This document shows positions 37,586 through 47,498 of a DNA stretch of 64,000 nucleotides, in pieces. Source of the stretch: an uncultured Acidobacteriota bacterium (lineage in GTDB: Bacteria; Acidobacteriota; Thermoanaerobaculia; UBA5066; Gp7-AA6); NCBI GenBank assembly GCA_963764715.1, contig CAVXTP010000018.1, positions 11,966-75,965 on the forward strand, written 5' to 3'. Made by a program: the position numbers and the translations under genes. The notes under the pieces were generated by a model. It saw only the letters and a list, made by a program, of their open reading frames with translations. It made no database searches and was not told the DNA's origin. Numbering within the stretch: the stretch's first letter is position 1; the number at the start of each line of letters is the position of its first letter.

Positions 37586-38014
37586 GTGGCATCCCGGGAT
37601 CTGATCGTCGTCGTAACCTCCGTGGGGACGGAAGAGCAGGCCCTCGACGTCGCGCACGCCCTGGTGCGCGGCAAGCGGGCCGCCTGCGTCAACATCATCC
37701 CGAACGTGCACTCGATCTACCGCTGGAAAGGCCGGGTGTGCGACGACGGCGAAATGCTCCTCATCATCAAGACGCGCGCGTCGAGCTTCGAGGCCGTGCG
37801 CGAGACGATCCACCGCATCAACACGTACGAGCTGCCCGAAGTGCTCGGCTACCGCGTGGACTGGGCGTCGAAGGGCTTCACCGACTGGATCGAGAAGATG
37901 ACGACCGCGCCCAAACGCAAGGCGGCCGCCGCGAAGGGGCCCGCGGCGAGGAAGGCCGCGCGCAGGAAGTCCGCCGCGCGACCGACACGGAAGACCGGGC
38001 GCGCGAAGGCTTGA
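37586..38014 (+). CDS. cutA: CutA divalent-cation tolerance protein with basic tail
   Basis: AACVNIIP.VHSIYRWKG...EMLLIIKT...YELPEV. Confidence 0.9.
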   Translation: MASRDLIVVVTSVGTEEQALDVAHALVRGKRAACVNIIPNVHSIYRWKGRVCDDGEMLLIIKTRASSFEAVRETIHRINTYELPEVLGYRVDWASKGFTDWIEKMTTAPKRKAAAAKGPAARKAARRKSAARPTRKTGRAKA

Positions 38015-38090
38015 GGTCGCTCCCACGAGCGCGACGGTCGCGTTCCTCTCCATCTTTCTCGGGCTGACCTCCGGAGACCAGCAGGTCCGG

Positions 38091-39311
38091 TTGAACGTCC
38101 AGGGCCGCGTGGCCGAGGTCGAGCTCCGGCTCGACGGCGAGACCGTCGCGACACTCGACAGCCCGCCCTGGGTCGTGCCGCTCGACCTGGGCCCGGCGCT
38201 CGCTCCGCACGAGCTGGTGGCGCGCGCGCTCGACGAGCGAGGCGCCGAGCTCGCCCGCGCGCGGCAGTGGATCAACATGCCGCGGCCGCCGGCCGAGGCG
38301 AAGATCCTCCTCGAGCGCGACGCGAGCGGGCGCGTGAAGGCGGCCTCGATCGCCTGGCAGAACCTGCTCGGCGAAACGCCCTCGTCGGTGGCGGTCAGCT
38401 TCGACGGGCGGCCGATCGCCGTCGACACGCTGCGCCGGGTCGTGATCCCCGCGTACGCGCCCGAGGTCTCGCACATCCTGACCGTCGAGCTCGAGTACGA
38501 GAGCGGCATGAGCTCGCGGGACGACCTGGCGATCGGCGGCGCGGCAGGCGAGGAGGCGCAGAGCGAGCTGACCGCGGTGCCGATGCGGCGGCCCGGTAAG
38601 GCGCGCCTCGAGCCGCGTACCTCTGAGGGGATGCTCCGCACCGGAGGAAAGCCGCTCCGGGTGGCCAAGGTCGAGGAGGGGAGCGCGTCCCTCTGGATCG
38701 TCCGCGACGAGAGCGCGCTCGAGGCATACCGGAAGCTGCGGGAGGCCGGGGGCGACAAGATCGGGCGTCTCTTCGCGCCCGCCGCCCTCCCCCTGAAGAA
38801 AGACGACTCGGTCCGTTTCCTGTGGCCGCGCCCCCGGGGAGTCGGGGGCGCCGGCGTGCCCACGGCGCTCTTCCCGTCTTCGCAGGAATTCACGCGGAAG
38901 GACGGCGGCCTCGCCTTCCTGCTCGAGCACATCGCCAACACCGAGCCGGCCGGCCTCTTCCCGATGTACACCGATGCCGTCGCCGTCGCAGGCCTGAATG
39001 CCTTCGACAGCCACGGCCGGCGCGCGGTGCTTCTCGTTCTCGGCGGGTCCTCGCCGGACCTCTCGACCTACAAGCCGCCGGTCGTCCGGCGGTACCTCGA
39101 GATCCTCCGCGTGCCGCTCTTCGTGTGGTCCCTCGAAACGGAGCCGCCCGAGGGCTCGCCCTGGGGAGCCGTCGAAGCCATCGGGACGAGCCGCGGCATG
39201 CGCGCCGCCTACGAGCGGCTGCGAAGCGCGCTCGACTCCCAGGCGATCGTCTGGGTCGAGGGCCGCCTTCTGCCCCAGGAGATCGAGGTCGTCGAGCGAC
39301 CTTCCCCCTGA
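38091..39311 (+). CDS. Hypothetical protein (Ig-like N-region, vWA-like C-region); real start may be ACG at 38025
   Basis: 406-aa ORF with host-like codon usage; RRAVLLVLGG..D.S; hydrophobic in-frame segment upstream. Confidence 0.7.
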   Translation: MNVQGRVAEVELRLDGETVATLDSPPWVVPLDLGPALAPHELVARALDERGAELARARQWINMPRPPAEAKILLERDASGRVKAASIAWQNLLGETPSSVAVSFDGRPIAVDTLRRVVIPAYAPEVSHILTVELEYESGMSSRDDLAIGGAAGEEAQSELTAVPMRRPGKARLEPRTSEGMLRTGGKPLRVAKVEEGSASLWIVRDESALEAYRKLREAGGDKIGRLFAPAALPLKKDDSVRFLWPRPRGVGGAGVPTALFPSSQEFTRKDGGLAFLLEHIANTEPAGLFPMYTDAVAVAGLNAFDSHGRRAVLLVLGGSSPDLSTYKPPVVRRYLEILRVPLFVWSLETEPPEGSPWGAVEAIGTSRGMRAAYERLRSALDSQAIVWVEGRLLPQEIEVVERPSP

Positions 39312-39420
39312 TCCGCGGACGCGCCAGCCAGGGTCAGCCCTGAGCCGGCCACCGGAGGTAGACCCCCGGCAGTAGGCAACGCGTGCGTGGCACGGCGTTT
39401 ACTCGAATGCAGCTTCCGGG

Positions 39421-40554
39421 TTAACCCAGCGCCTGGTCGAGGTCGGCCAGGATGTCCGCGGCGTCCTCGATGCCGACCGAGATCCGCACAAGCCCGGACG
39501 TGACGCCGAGGCGGTTGCGCTCCTCTTCGGGGATCGAGCCGTGCGTCATCGAGGCGGGGTGCGAGATCAGGGTCTCGACGCCGCCGAGGCTCTCGCCGAG
39601 CGAGCACAGCCGCACCTTCGCGAGAAACGCGCCCGCGGCTTCGAGCGAGCCGAGGTCGAAGGAGATCATCGCTCCGAACCCGCGCATCTGCTTCTTCGCC
39701 AGTGCGTGCTGGGGATGGGACGCGAGCCCCGGATAGTGGACCTGCTTGATCTTCGAGTGCTTCGCGAGGTGCGCGGCGACCTTGCGGCCGTTCTCCTCGT
39801 GGCGCTCCATCCGGACGACGAGCGTCTTGATCCCGCGCAGCACGAGGAACGAGTCCATCGGCGAGAGGATCGCCCCCGAGCTGTTCTGTACGAAGCCGAG
39901 CCACTCCACGTGCTCCTTCGCCTTTGCGATCGCGATGCCGCCGACCGTGTCGGAGTGGCCGCCGAGAAACTTCGTCGTCGAGTGCATGACGATGTCGGCC
40001 CCGAGGGAGAGCGGCTGCTGCAGGTACGGCGAGGCGAAGGTGTTGTCGACGACGACGATCGCGCCGACCCGGTGGGCGAGCTCCGAGAGCTGCGCGATGT
40101 CGGCCAGGCGCATCGTCGGGTTGGTCGGGGACTCGAGGTGGAGCATCCGCGTCTCGGGGCGGATCGCTCGCTCGACCGCCGCCGGGTCGGCCGTGTCGAC
40201 GAAGTCGAACGTCACGCCGTAGCGGGCCAGGATCTTCGTGTAGTAGCGGTAGGTCCCGCCGTACGTCATGTTGGAGCAGACGACGTGCTCGCCCTGCTTG
40301 ACGAAGGTCGAGATCGCGGTGATCGCCGCCATGCCCGAGGCGAAGGCCTTCGCTCCCGTCCCGCCCTCGAGGACCGTCAGGTTCTCCTCGAGCCGGGCGC
40401 GCGTCGGGTTCTGCGTGCGCGCGTACTCGAAGCCCTTGTGCTGGCCGAGGGCCTCCTGCACGTAGGTCGAGGTCTGGTAGATCGGGAACGAGACGGACCC
40501 GGTCGCGGGCTCCGGCGCGTTGCCGGCGTGGATGCAGTCGGTCGAAAAGCCCAT
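39421..40554 (-). CDS. Cystathionine gamma-lyase/synthase (PLP)
   Basis: YARTQNPTR, FASGMAA, ESPTNP, VDNTFASP, HSTTKFLGGHSD, GESLGGVETL. Confidence 0.93.
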   Translation of the reverse strand: MGFSTDCIHAGNAPEPATGSVSFPIYQTSTYVQEALGQHKGFEYARTQNPTRARLEENLTVLEGGTGAKAFASGMAAITAISTFVKQGEHVVCSNMTYGGTYRYYTKILARYGVTFDFVDTADPAAVERAIRPETRMLHLESPTNPTMRLADIAQLSELAHRVGAIVVVDNTFASPYLQQPLSLGADIVMHSTTKFLGGHSDTVGGIAIAKAKEHVEWLGFVQNSSGAILSPMDSFLVLRGIKTLVVRMERHEENGRKVAAHLAKHSKIKQVHYPGLASHPQHALAKKQMRGFGAMISFDLGSLEAAGAFLAKVRLCSLGESLGGVETLISHPASMTHGSIPEEERNRLGVTSGLVRISVGIEDAADILADLDQALG

Positions 40555-40570
40555 CGCCGTCCTTTCGGTT

Positions 40571-41536
40571 CTAGCTGTTGAAGATGCCCTGGTTCGGGTA
40601 GCGCTCGGCGCCGTCGGGGAAGAGGGTCACGACGGTCTTCCCGGGCCCGAGGCGCCGGGCGACCTGAAGGGCCGCGTTCGCGGCGGCGCCCGAGGAGCCG
40701 CCCACGAAGAGGCCCTCCTCGCGGGCGAGCGCCTGGCAGGTCGCGAAGGCCGGCGCGTCGGGGACGGTGACGACCTCGTCGATCAGGCTGCGGTCGAGGA
40801 TCGGCCAGATCTGCGAAAGCCCGATGCCCTCGACCTCGTGGGGGCCGATCGTCCCGCCCCCGAGGATCGAGCCCTGCGGCTCGACGGCGACGCGCAGCAG
40901 GTCCCCCTGACGCTCCGTCAGATAGCGGGCGACGCCGATGAAGGTGCCCGTCGTGCCGACGCCGGCGACCCACGCGTCGACCCGCCCGCCGACCTGCTCG
41001 GCGATCTCGGGGCCGGTCGTCTCGTAGTGCGTCCGGGGATTCACCGGATTCTGGAACTGGGCGGGAAGGTAGGAGCCGGGAGTCGAGGAGGCGATCGCGA
41101 CGGCGCGGGCGACGGCGCCCGACATTCGGTCCTCGACGGGTGTCCGCACGACCTCGGCCCCCGCCGCCGTCATGAGCCTCGCCTTGACCTCGCCCGAGCC
41201 CTCGGGCATCACGATGATGCAGCGATAGCCGCGCGAGGCGGCGAGCAGCGCCAGGGCCACGCCCGTGTTCCCCGACGTCGCCTCGACGATCGTGCCGCCC
41301 GGGGCGAGGAGGCCGCGCTGCTCGGCGTCGTCGAGCATCGACCTCGCGATGCGGTCCTTGACGCTCCCGCCCGGGTTGAACCACTCGAGCTTGGCGTAGA
41401 TGCGCGCGGCCCCGCGCGCGAAGCGCGGCATTTCGACGAGCGGGGTGGAGCCGATCGCGCCGGAAAGGCGCCCGGCCGGGCGGGGGGCAGTCTCGGAATC
41501 GGGAAGCTTGGCGGCCAAGATGTGACTCCGCGCCAC
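40571..41536 (-). CDS. Cysteine synthase/cystathionine beta-synthase family (PLP)
   Basis: AKLEWFNPGGSVKDR, EATSGNTG, GVGTTGT, VEGIG, GGSSGA. Confidence 0.92.
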   Translation of the reverse strand: MARSHILAAKLPDSETAPRPAGRLSGAIGSTPLVEMPRFARGAARIYAKLEWFNPGGSVKDRIARSMLDDAEQRGLLAPGGTIVEATSGNTGVALALLAASRGYRCIIVMPEGSGEVKARLMTAAGAEVVRTPVEDRMSGAVARAVAIASSTPGSYLPAQFQNPVNPRTHYETTGPEIAEQVGGRVDAWVAGVGTTGTFIGVARYLTERQGDLLRVAVEPQGSILGGGTIGPHEVEGIGLSQIWPILDRSLIDEVVTVPDAPAFATCQALAREEGLFVGGSSGAAANAALQVARRLGPGKTVVTLFPDGAERYPNQGIFNS

Positions 41537-41542
41537 GATAAC

Positions 41543-41572
41543 AAAAAAAGCCCCGGCGAATGCCGGGGCTTC
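41543..41572 (-). terminator. Intrinsic terminator of the zinc-ribbon gene
   Basis: AAGCCCCGGC-ATTC-GCCGGGGCTT followed by a T-run. Confidence 0.85.
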
Positions 41573-41588
41573 GAAGAGACGGGACGGT

Positions 41589-41888
41589 TTAGTAGGCCTG
41601 CTGCGAGCGGCGAGCCGAGTAGCACTCGCGGCAGTAGACGGGCTTGCCGTTGGTCGGGTTGAACGGCACCTGCGTCTGCTTGCCGCAGCCGTCGCAGGTC
41701 ACGTCGTAGAAGGTGCGCTCGCGGCCCTCTCCCGAGGACGTCTTGCGCTTGTCGCGGCAGGGCTTGCAGCGCTTGGGCTCGTTGGTGAAGCCCTTGCGCG
41801 CGTAGAACTCCTGGTCGTCGGCCGAGAAAAGGAAGGTTCCCCCACAGTCGACGCACGTGAGGTTCTTGTCCGTGTATTGCTGCATCAT
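41589..41888 (-). CDS. Zinc-ribbon protein with CxxC-x17-CxxC domain
   Basis: DKNLTCVDCG..F.FSADDQEFY...PKRCKPC; CDGCG...VPF.P...PVYCREC. Confidence 0.9.
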   Translation of the reverse strand: MMQQYTDKNLTCVDCGGTFLFSADDQEFYARKGFTNEPKRCKPCRDKRKTSSGEGRERTFYDVTCDGCGKQTQVPFNPTNGKPVYCRECYSARRSQQAY

Positions 41889-42131
41889 GGAAGTTACAGA
41901 TCTCCTGGGTTTAATCCCCTGGCCGGGCGGTTGTCCGCTCCGGCGAAAAAAATGGCGAAACGAATACAGAACTCTGGAGTAATCCGGCGCCCTGCGCCGG
42001 GATCAAGCTCTCTCTAGGACCAACCCCCTTTCGAAACGCGAACGCCTCCCCGCAAGAGGGCGTACGGATGGGGGATGGAAAGCATAAAGGCGGCGGTTAG
42101 GGTCGTGCGGGGTCTTCGTAAAAGCTGGCGG

Positions 42132-42161
42132 AACGTAGCACGGGGCTTGAAATCGTTGCAA
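42132..42161 (-). promoter_or_regulatory. Sigma70-like promoter TTGCAA-N18-TACGTT (extended TGn)
   Basis: About 240 nt upstream of the zinc-ribbon gene. Confidence 0.5.
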
Positions 42162-42275
42162 GCGGAATCTGTACCCAAGGACAGGGCGCGGGGGGCGCCG
42201 GGGAGCCGTGGGGGCGGGGCGGGACGCCGGAGGGCGGGCACAAGCCACGCCCCTGCATGCACATAGGCCTTCACG

Positions 42276-43088
42276 CTAACTGCCGATGACGCCCCCGGTG
42301 GGTGAGGAGGCGGTAGCGTAGCGCTTGCGCGGTATCCGGCCGGCGAGGAAGGCGTCGCGGCCCGCCCGGACCGCATCGCGCATGGCCCGGGCCATGCGCA
42401 CGGGGTCGGCGGCGCCCGCGATCCCGGTGTTCATCAGGACGCCCGCGGCGCCGAGCTCCATCGCGACGCAGGCGTCCGAGGCCGTTCCGACACCGGCGTC
42501 CACGATGACCGGGACTTTCGCGCGCTCGAGGATGATCGAGATCGAGTTCGGGTTCTGGATGCCGAGGCCGGAGCCGATCGGCGCGCCGAGCGGCATGACC
42601 GCGGCGGCGCCCGCCTCCTCGAGCCGCCGGCAGACGATCGGATCGTCCGAGGTGTAGGGGAAGACGACGAACCCCTCCTTCACGAGGGTCTTCGTCGCCG
42701 AGAGCAGCGCCTCGTTGTCGGGCCACAGCGTCTGCTCGTCGCCGAGCACCTCGAGCTTGACCCAGTTCGAGAGGCCGACCTCCCGCCCGAGCCGGGCGGC
42801 GCGGACCGCGTCCTCGGCCGTGTAACAGCCCGCGGTGTTCGGCAGGAGGGTCATTCCCTTCGGGATGTAGTCGAGGAGCGATTCCTTCGAGCGGTCGGTG
42901 AGGTTCACGCGGCGCACGGCGACCGTCACGATCTCGGCGGCCGATTCCTCCAGGGCCGCCTTCATGAGGGGAAAGGTCGCGTACTTGCCGGTCCCGACGA
43001 TCAGCCGCGAAACGAACGTCCGCCCGCCGAAAACGAAGGGATCGGCGGCGGTCGCGGGAGGCGTGTCGAGGGTCGTGTCGGTCGACAT
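42276..43088 (-). CDS. thiG: Thiazole synthase
   Basis: [41 protein letters not shown]. Confidence 0.96.
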   Translation of the reverse strand: MSTDTTLDTPPATAADPFVFGGRTFVSRLIVGTGKYATFPLMKAALEESAAEIVTVAVRRVNLTDRSKESLLDYIPKGMTLLPNTAGCYTAEDAVRAARLGREVGLSNWVKLEVLGDEQTLWPDNEALLSATKTLVKEGFVVFPYTSDDPIVCRRLEEAGAAAVMPLGAPIGSGLGIQNPNSISIILERAKVPVIVDAGVGTASDACVAMELGAAGVLMNTGIAGAADPVRMARAMRDAVRAGRDAFLAGRIPRKRYATASSPTGGVIGS

Positions 43089-43100
43089 GGGGACCCCTGT

Positions 43101-43961
43101 TTAATCCGCGGTTCGTTCCGGGTCAAGGAGGTAAACGTTGTCGATCAGCCGCGTCTTCCCCAGCCGCACGGCGGCGGCGAGCGCCACGCCGGGCCGGACG
43201 TCGGCGGCCCGGGCCATGGTGACGGCGTCGACGGCTTCGACGTAGTCGACGGCGAGCCCGGCCGCTTCGAGCTGAATGAGCGCATCGGCCTCGAGCGCCC
43301 GGGCGTCCCGGACCCCGTGCTCGGCGCGGCGCCGGGCGGCGGAGAGCGTGCGCGACAGGTCGACGGCGCGGCGCCGGTCCTCGGCCGAGAGGTAGGCGTT
43401 GCGAGAGGACATCGCGAGGCCGTCGGGCTCCCGGACGGTGTCGCCGACGACGAGCCGGATCGGAAAGTCGAGGTCGCGGACGAGGCGGCGCACGACGGCG
43501 ACCTGCTGGAGGTCCTTGCGTCCGAACACGGCGACGTCGGGGAGGACCTGCAGGAAGAGCTTCGTCACGACGGTCGCGACGCCCCGGAAGTGCCCGGGCC
43601 GTCGCGCGCCTTCTCCGCCTTCCGACACGCCCTCGACCTCGACGTGGGTCGAGAAGTCGGCCGGATAGAACGCATCCGGCGACGGAAGGTAGAGCAGGTC
43701 GACGCCCTCGCGCTCGAGGAGGCGGGCATCCTCTTCTTCGCGGCGCGGGTACCGGGAGAAGTCTTCGTTCGGCCCGAACTGCAGCGGGTTGACGAAGACG
43801 GAGACGGCGACGAAGGGCGCATGGCGCTTCGCCAGGCGCACGAGCGAAAGGTGCCCGCCGTGCAGGGCTCCCATCGTCGGGACGAGCGCGACCGGCTCGC
43901 CGGCGGCCCGTGCCCGGCCGACGGCCGCGCGGAGGGCCGCGACGTCGGAAATGGTCTTCAC
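43101..43961 (-). CDS. panC: Pantoate-beta-alanine ligase
   Basis: VPTMGALHGGH, FVNPLQF, RPGHFRGV, GLAMSSRN, TRLIDN. Confidence 0.96.
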   Translation of the reverse strand: MKTISDVAALRAAVGRARAAGEPVALVPTMGALHGGHLSLVRLAKRHAPFVAVSVFVNPLQFGPNEDFSRYPRREEEDARLLEREGVDLLYLPSPDAFYPADFSTHVEVEGVSEGGEGARRPGHFRGVATVVTKLFLQVLPDVAVFGRKDLQQVAVVRRLVRDLDFPIRLVVGDTVREPDGLAMSSRNAYLSAEDRRRAVDLSRTLSAARRRAEHGVRDARALEADALIQLEAAGLAVDYVEAVDAVTMARAADVRPGVALAAAVRLGKTRLIDNVYLLDPERTAD

Positions 43962-43988
43962 GAGCTCACGCGCCGGCCCGGACGTCGA

Positions 43989-44834
43989 TCAGTGCACCCG
44001 CCGGAGCGCCGGAGGCTTGCCGCTGAACGACTCCTCCTGCGACGGGAACGAGCCGTCCTTGACGTCCTTGCGAAACGCCCGGGCGGCGTCGCCGATCACC
44101 GTCGTCAGGTCCGCGTAGCGGCGGACGAACTTCGGCCGCAGGTCGCGCGTCAGGCCCATGACGTCGTGGAAGACGAGGACCTGCCCGTCGCAGTGCGGGC
44201 CGGCGCCGATCCCGAGCGTCGGGACGGAGATCTCCTGCGTGATCTCGGCGGCGAGCGACTCGGGCACGCACTCGAGCACGATCGCGAAGCAGCCGGCCGC
44301 GGCCAGGGCCTGCGCGTCTTCGCGGATCTCGCGCGCCGAGTCGACCTCGCGGCCCTGGACCTTGAACCCGCCGAACTTGCGGTAGGACTGGGGCGTCAGG
44401 CCCACGTGGCCCATGACCGGGATGTCCGCCGCGAGGATCGCCTCGACGGCCGGGAGGATCCGCTTTCCGCCCTCGACCTTGACCGCGGCGCAGCCGGCCT
44501 CGGCGAGGAAGCGGCCGGCGTTCTCGACGGCGCGGGAGGGCTCGACCTGGTACGAGAGGAACGGCATGTCGCCGACGACGACCGCGCGCTTCGTCGCGCG
44601 CGCCACCGCCCGCGAGTGCCGGACCATCTGATCCATCGTCGCCGAAAGCGTGTTGGGCTCCCCGTAGACCGTCATCTCGACGGAGTCGCCGATGAGCAGG
44701 ATGTCGATCCCCGCCTCGTCGAGCAGGCGCGCCGAGGGCGCGTCGTAGACGGTCAGCATCGAGATCTTCTCGCGGCCCTTGGCCGCGACGATCCGGGGGA
44801 TCGAGAGGGCTTCGTCTTCCGGGAGGTCGGACAT
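43989..44834 (-). CDS. panB: 3-methyl-2-oxobutanoate hydroxymethyltransferase
   Basis: MLTVYD, LIGDS, GDMPF, KVEGG, GHVGLTPQ, GIGAG..CDGQVLV. Confidence 0.96.
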   Translation of the reverse strand: MSDLPEDEALSIPRIVAAKGREKISMLTVYDAPSARLLDEAGIDILLIGDSVEMTVYGEPNTLSATMDQMVRHSRAVARATKRAVVVGDMPFLSYQVEPSRAVENAGRFLAEAGCAAVKVEGGKRILPAVEAILAADIPVMGHVGLTPQSYRKFGGFKVQGREVDSAREIREDAQALAAAGCFAIVLECVPESLAAEITQEISVPTLGIGAGPHCDGQVLVFHDVMGLTRDLRPKFVRRYADLTTVIGDAARAFRKDVKDGSFPSQEESFSGKPPALRRVH

Positions 44835-44928
44835 CGTTCGCTCCTTGCCTTTCGGTCGACGTCCGCGACGGTGCGGATCGCCGCCGATCAGGGCGAGGAG
44901 AGGATTATATGCCCCGGGGGACGGCCCG

Positions 44929-45594
44929 TCACTCGGGCGCGCTCGCCGCGGGGACGTAGTACTGGACGCCCTTCTTGACCTTCTGGATGCGGGCGACGAG
45001 GTCGTCGAAGTCCCCCGGGCGATTGACGAAGTCGATCTCGTTGGTGTCGACGACGAGCAGCGGTGTCTCGTCGTAATGGTAGAAGTAGTAGTTGTAGGCC
45101 TCGATCAGCTGCGCCAGGTACTCCGGCGTGACGGCTTTCTCGAGCGGACGGGTCTTCTTCTTGATCCGCTTCAGGCAGGTCTCGATCGAGGCCTGCAAGA
45201 AGATCACGAGGTCCGGCTTCCGGACCGACTCCGACAGCAGCGAGTAGAGCTTGTCGTAGATCAGCAGCTCCGAGTCGTCGAGGTTCAGGCACGCGAAGAT
45301 CTTGTCCTTCGGGAAGTGGTAGTCGGCGACGACGAGGTTGGTGAAGAGGTCGATCTGCGCGATCTCCTGCTGCTGCTGGTAGCGCGCGAGGAGAAAGAAG
45401 AGCTGGGTCTGGAACGCGGCGCCCTTCTTCTTCTTGTAGAAGTCGGGCAGGAACGGGTTGTCGACGTCCTCGAGGACCTTGGTGCCCTTGAAGCGGCGCG
45501 CCAGCATCTCGACGAGCGAGGTCTTGCCGACGCCGATCGCCCCCTCGACCGCGAGGTGGCGGAGCTTGACGTCGCCTTCCGACGGGATCGCCAT
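44929..45594 (-). CDS. Deoxynucleoside kinase
   Basis: AVEGAIGVGKTS P-loop; NPFLPDFY; AFQTQLFFL..R. Confidence 0.92.
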   Translation of the reverse strand: MAIPSEGDVKLRHLAVEGAIGVGKTSLVEMLARRFKGTKVLEDVDNPFLPDFYKKKKGAAFQTQLFFLLARYQQQQEIAQIDLFTNLVVADYHFPKDKIFACLNLDDSELLIYDKLYSLLSESVRKPDLVIFLQASIETCLKRIKKKTRPLEKAVTPEYLAQLIEAYNYYFYHYDETPLLVVDTNEIDFVNRPGDFDDLVARIQKVKKGVQYYVPAASAPE

Positions 45595-45604
45595 CGAGCG
45601 GATT

Positions 45605-46483
45605 CTAATGCGAACGCGCGAGCATGTCCGCGATGCCGCAGGCGGCGAGCGTCACGGACACGAAGCCGTTGGCCGTGAAGAAGGCCGCGTCGACGCGCGA
45701 CAGGTCGCCGGGCCGGACGATCGCGTGCTGGTAGGCGAGCGCCGCGACGGTCGCCAGGACCCCGGCCAGAAAGAGCCAGCCTCCGCCCGAAAGCCGCCAG
45801 ACCGCGACGAGGAGGACCGCCATCGCCAGGTGGAAGAGCCCCGAGATCCAGAGCGCGCGGCGCGTCCCGAAGCGCGCCGGGATGGACTTGAGGCCCGCCC
45901 GGCGGTCGTGCTCCTCGTCCTGCAGGGAGTAGATGACGTCGAAGCCGGCGGTCCAGAAGAGGACGGCGAGGCCGAGAAGCACCGGCAGGAGCGCGAGCTC
46001 CCCGCGGACCGCGATCCACGCGCCGACGGGCGCGATCCCCAGGCACAGCCCGAGGACCAGATGCGAGAGCATCGTGAACCGCTTCGTGTACGAGTAGAAG
46101 AGGAGCAGCGCCAGCGCGACCGGCGACAGGAGCAGCGTCAGGCGGTTGAGGCTCGCCGCGGCCGCGAGGAAGACGGCGACCGAGACGACGAGGAAGGCGC
46201 GCACGAAACCGACCGAGAGAGCGCCGGCGGGAAGCGCGCGGGACGCCGTGCGCGGGTTCGCCGCGTCGAGGTGGCGGTCCGCCAGCCGGTTGTGGGCCAT
46301 GGCGGCGCTGCGCGCGCCGACCATCGCGACGAGGATCTTCCCGAGCGTCGGAAGAGACGGCCAGCCTCCCGCGGCGAGCACGGCGGCGAGGACGGCGAAC
46401 GGCAGCGCGAAGAGAGTGTGCGAGAACTTGATCATCTCGAGCGTCGCCCGGAAGGACCGGACGACGCCCGCCGGCGCGCTCAC
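45605..46483 (-). CDS. UbiA-family prenyltransferase (MqnP-like)
   Basis: MIKFSHTLFALPF, NRLADRHLDAANPRT, YSYTKRF, GFDVIYSLQD. Confidence 0.9.
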   Translation of the reverse strand: MSAPAGVVRSFRATLEMIKFSHTLFALPFAVLAAVLAAGGWPSLPTLGKILVAMVGARSAAMAHNRLADRHLDAANPRTASRALPAGALSVGFVRAFLVVSVAVFLAAAASLNRLTLLLSPVALALLLFYSYTKRFTMLSHLVLGLCLGIAPVGAWIAVRGELALLPVLLGLAVLFWTAGFDVIYSLQDEEHDRRAGLKSIPARFGTRRALWISGLFHLAMAVLLVAVWRLSGGGWLFLAGVLATVAALAYQHAIVRPGDLSRVDAAFFTANGFVSVTLAACGIADMLARSH

Positions 46484-47160
46484 TTCTTTCGGGACGGCCC
46501 GCCCTCGCGGGAGGGGGCTCGCCTCCGGCCGGCCCCTCCGGTCCAGCGGAACTGCTCGCCCCGGGGTGAGAGGCCCAGCATCCGCGCCGCGCGCACGCAG
46601 TAGACGTCGAGAAACCGCGCCACGGACGGGGACTCGACGTAGAAGGCCGGCGAGGGGGGGGCGACGATCGCGCCGGCCAGGGTCGCCAGGCGCATGTTCT
46701 CGATGTGCACCAGGGAATACGGGGACTCCCGGAAGGCGAGGACGAGGGGCCGGCGCTCCTTGAGGCAGACGTCGGCGGCGCGCGCGAGGAGGTCCCGCGC
46801 GATGCCGTGCGCGATCGAGCCGAGGGTCCCGCCGCTGCACGGGATGACGATCATTCCGGAGGCGGGGTAGGAGCCCGACGCGATCGAGGCCCCGATGTCG
46901 CCGTTGTCGTGGAGCACGATGCGCGAGCGCTGCGCCTTCGGCGCCCCGAGCTGCTCGATCCAGTCCTGCGGTGTCGCGACCCGGGGGGAGATTTCGCTCC
47001 GGGCGACGTCGAGTCCCGGATCCGAGACGATCAGGTGGAGCCGCGAAAGCCCACCGGAGGCGAGGGCGATCTGGACGAAGCGCCGCGCGAGCTCGGAGCC
47101 GGAGCCTCCGGAGACGCCGACGATGATTTCTCGGCCGGGCACGCGGGCCAGTCTATCCAT
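46480..47160 (-). CDS. ubiX: Flavin prenyltransferase
   Basis: VGVSGGSG, IASGS, PCSGGTL, RAADVCLKERR, RESP, PAFY. Confidence 0.92.
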   Translation of the reverse strand: MDRLARVPGREIIVGVSGGSGSELARRFVQIALASGGLSRLHLIVSDPGLDVARSEISPRVATPQDWIEQLGAPKAQRSRIVLHDNGDIGASIASGSYPASGMIVIPCSGGTLGSIAHGIARDLLARAADVCLKERRPLVLAFRESPYSLVHIENMRLATLAGAIVAPPSPAFYVESPSVARFLDVYCVRAARMLGLSPRGEQFRWTGGAGRRRAPSREGGPSRKK

Positions 47161-47498
47161 ACGGCGTCGCCGACAAGAAATTCGACGGGCGTCGTCATCC
47201 TTTGTCGCTCCCCCGGGCGCGTCGGCGCCGGGTGAAGGCGACAGCCGGGGGCTCCGGCTGAAAAGATCTCTTGTCGGCCCGCCCGGGCCGGCGGCGCGGC
47301 CATTCCCGGCCTAACTGCCTCCCTCGACGCGGCTTCGCCGCGAACGGCCCTCGCGGCACGGCTTTCGCCATCACGGAGCTCCCGAAAAGGAGGTGCCGAT
47401 GGAGAACGCCTGATCGCAGCGACTCGATGAGGACAACAAAGAGTCGACCCCTCGTCTCCGTCTCGTCGGTCCCACCGCATTCCGAAAGGAGAAGCTCG

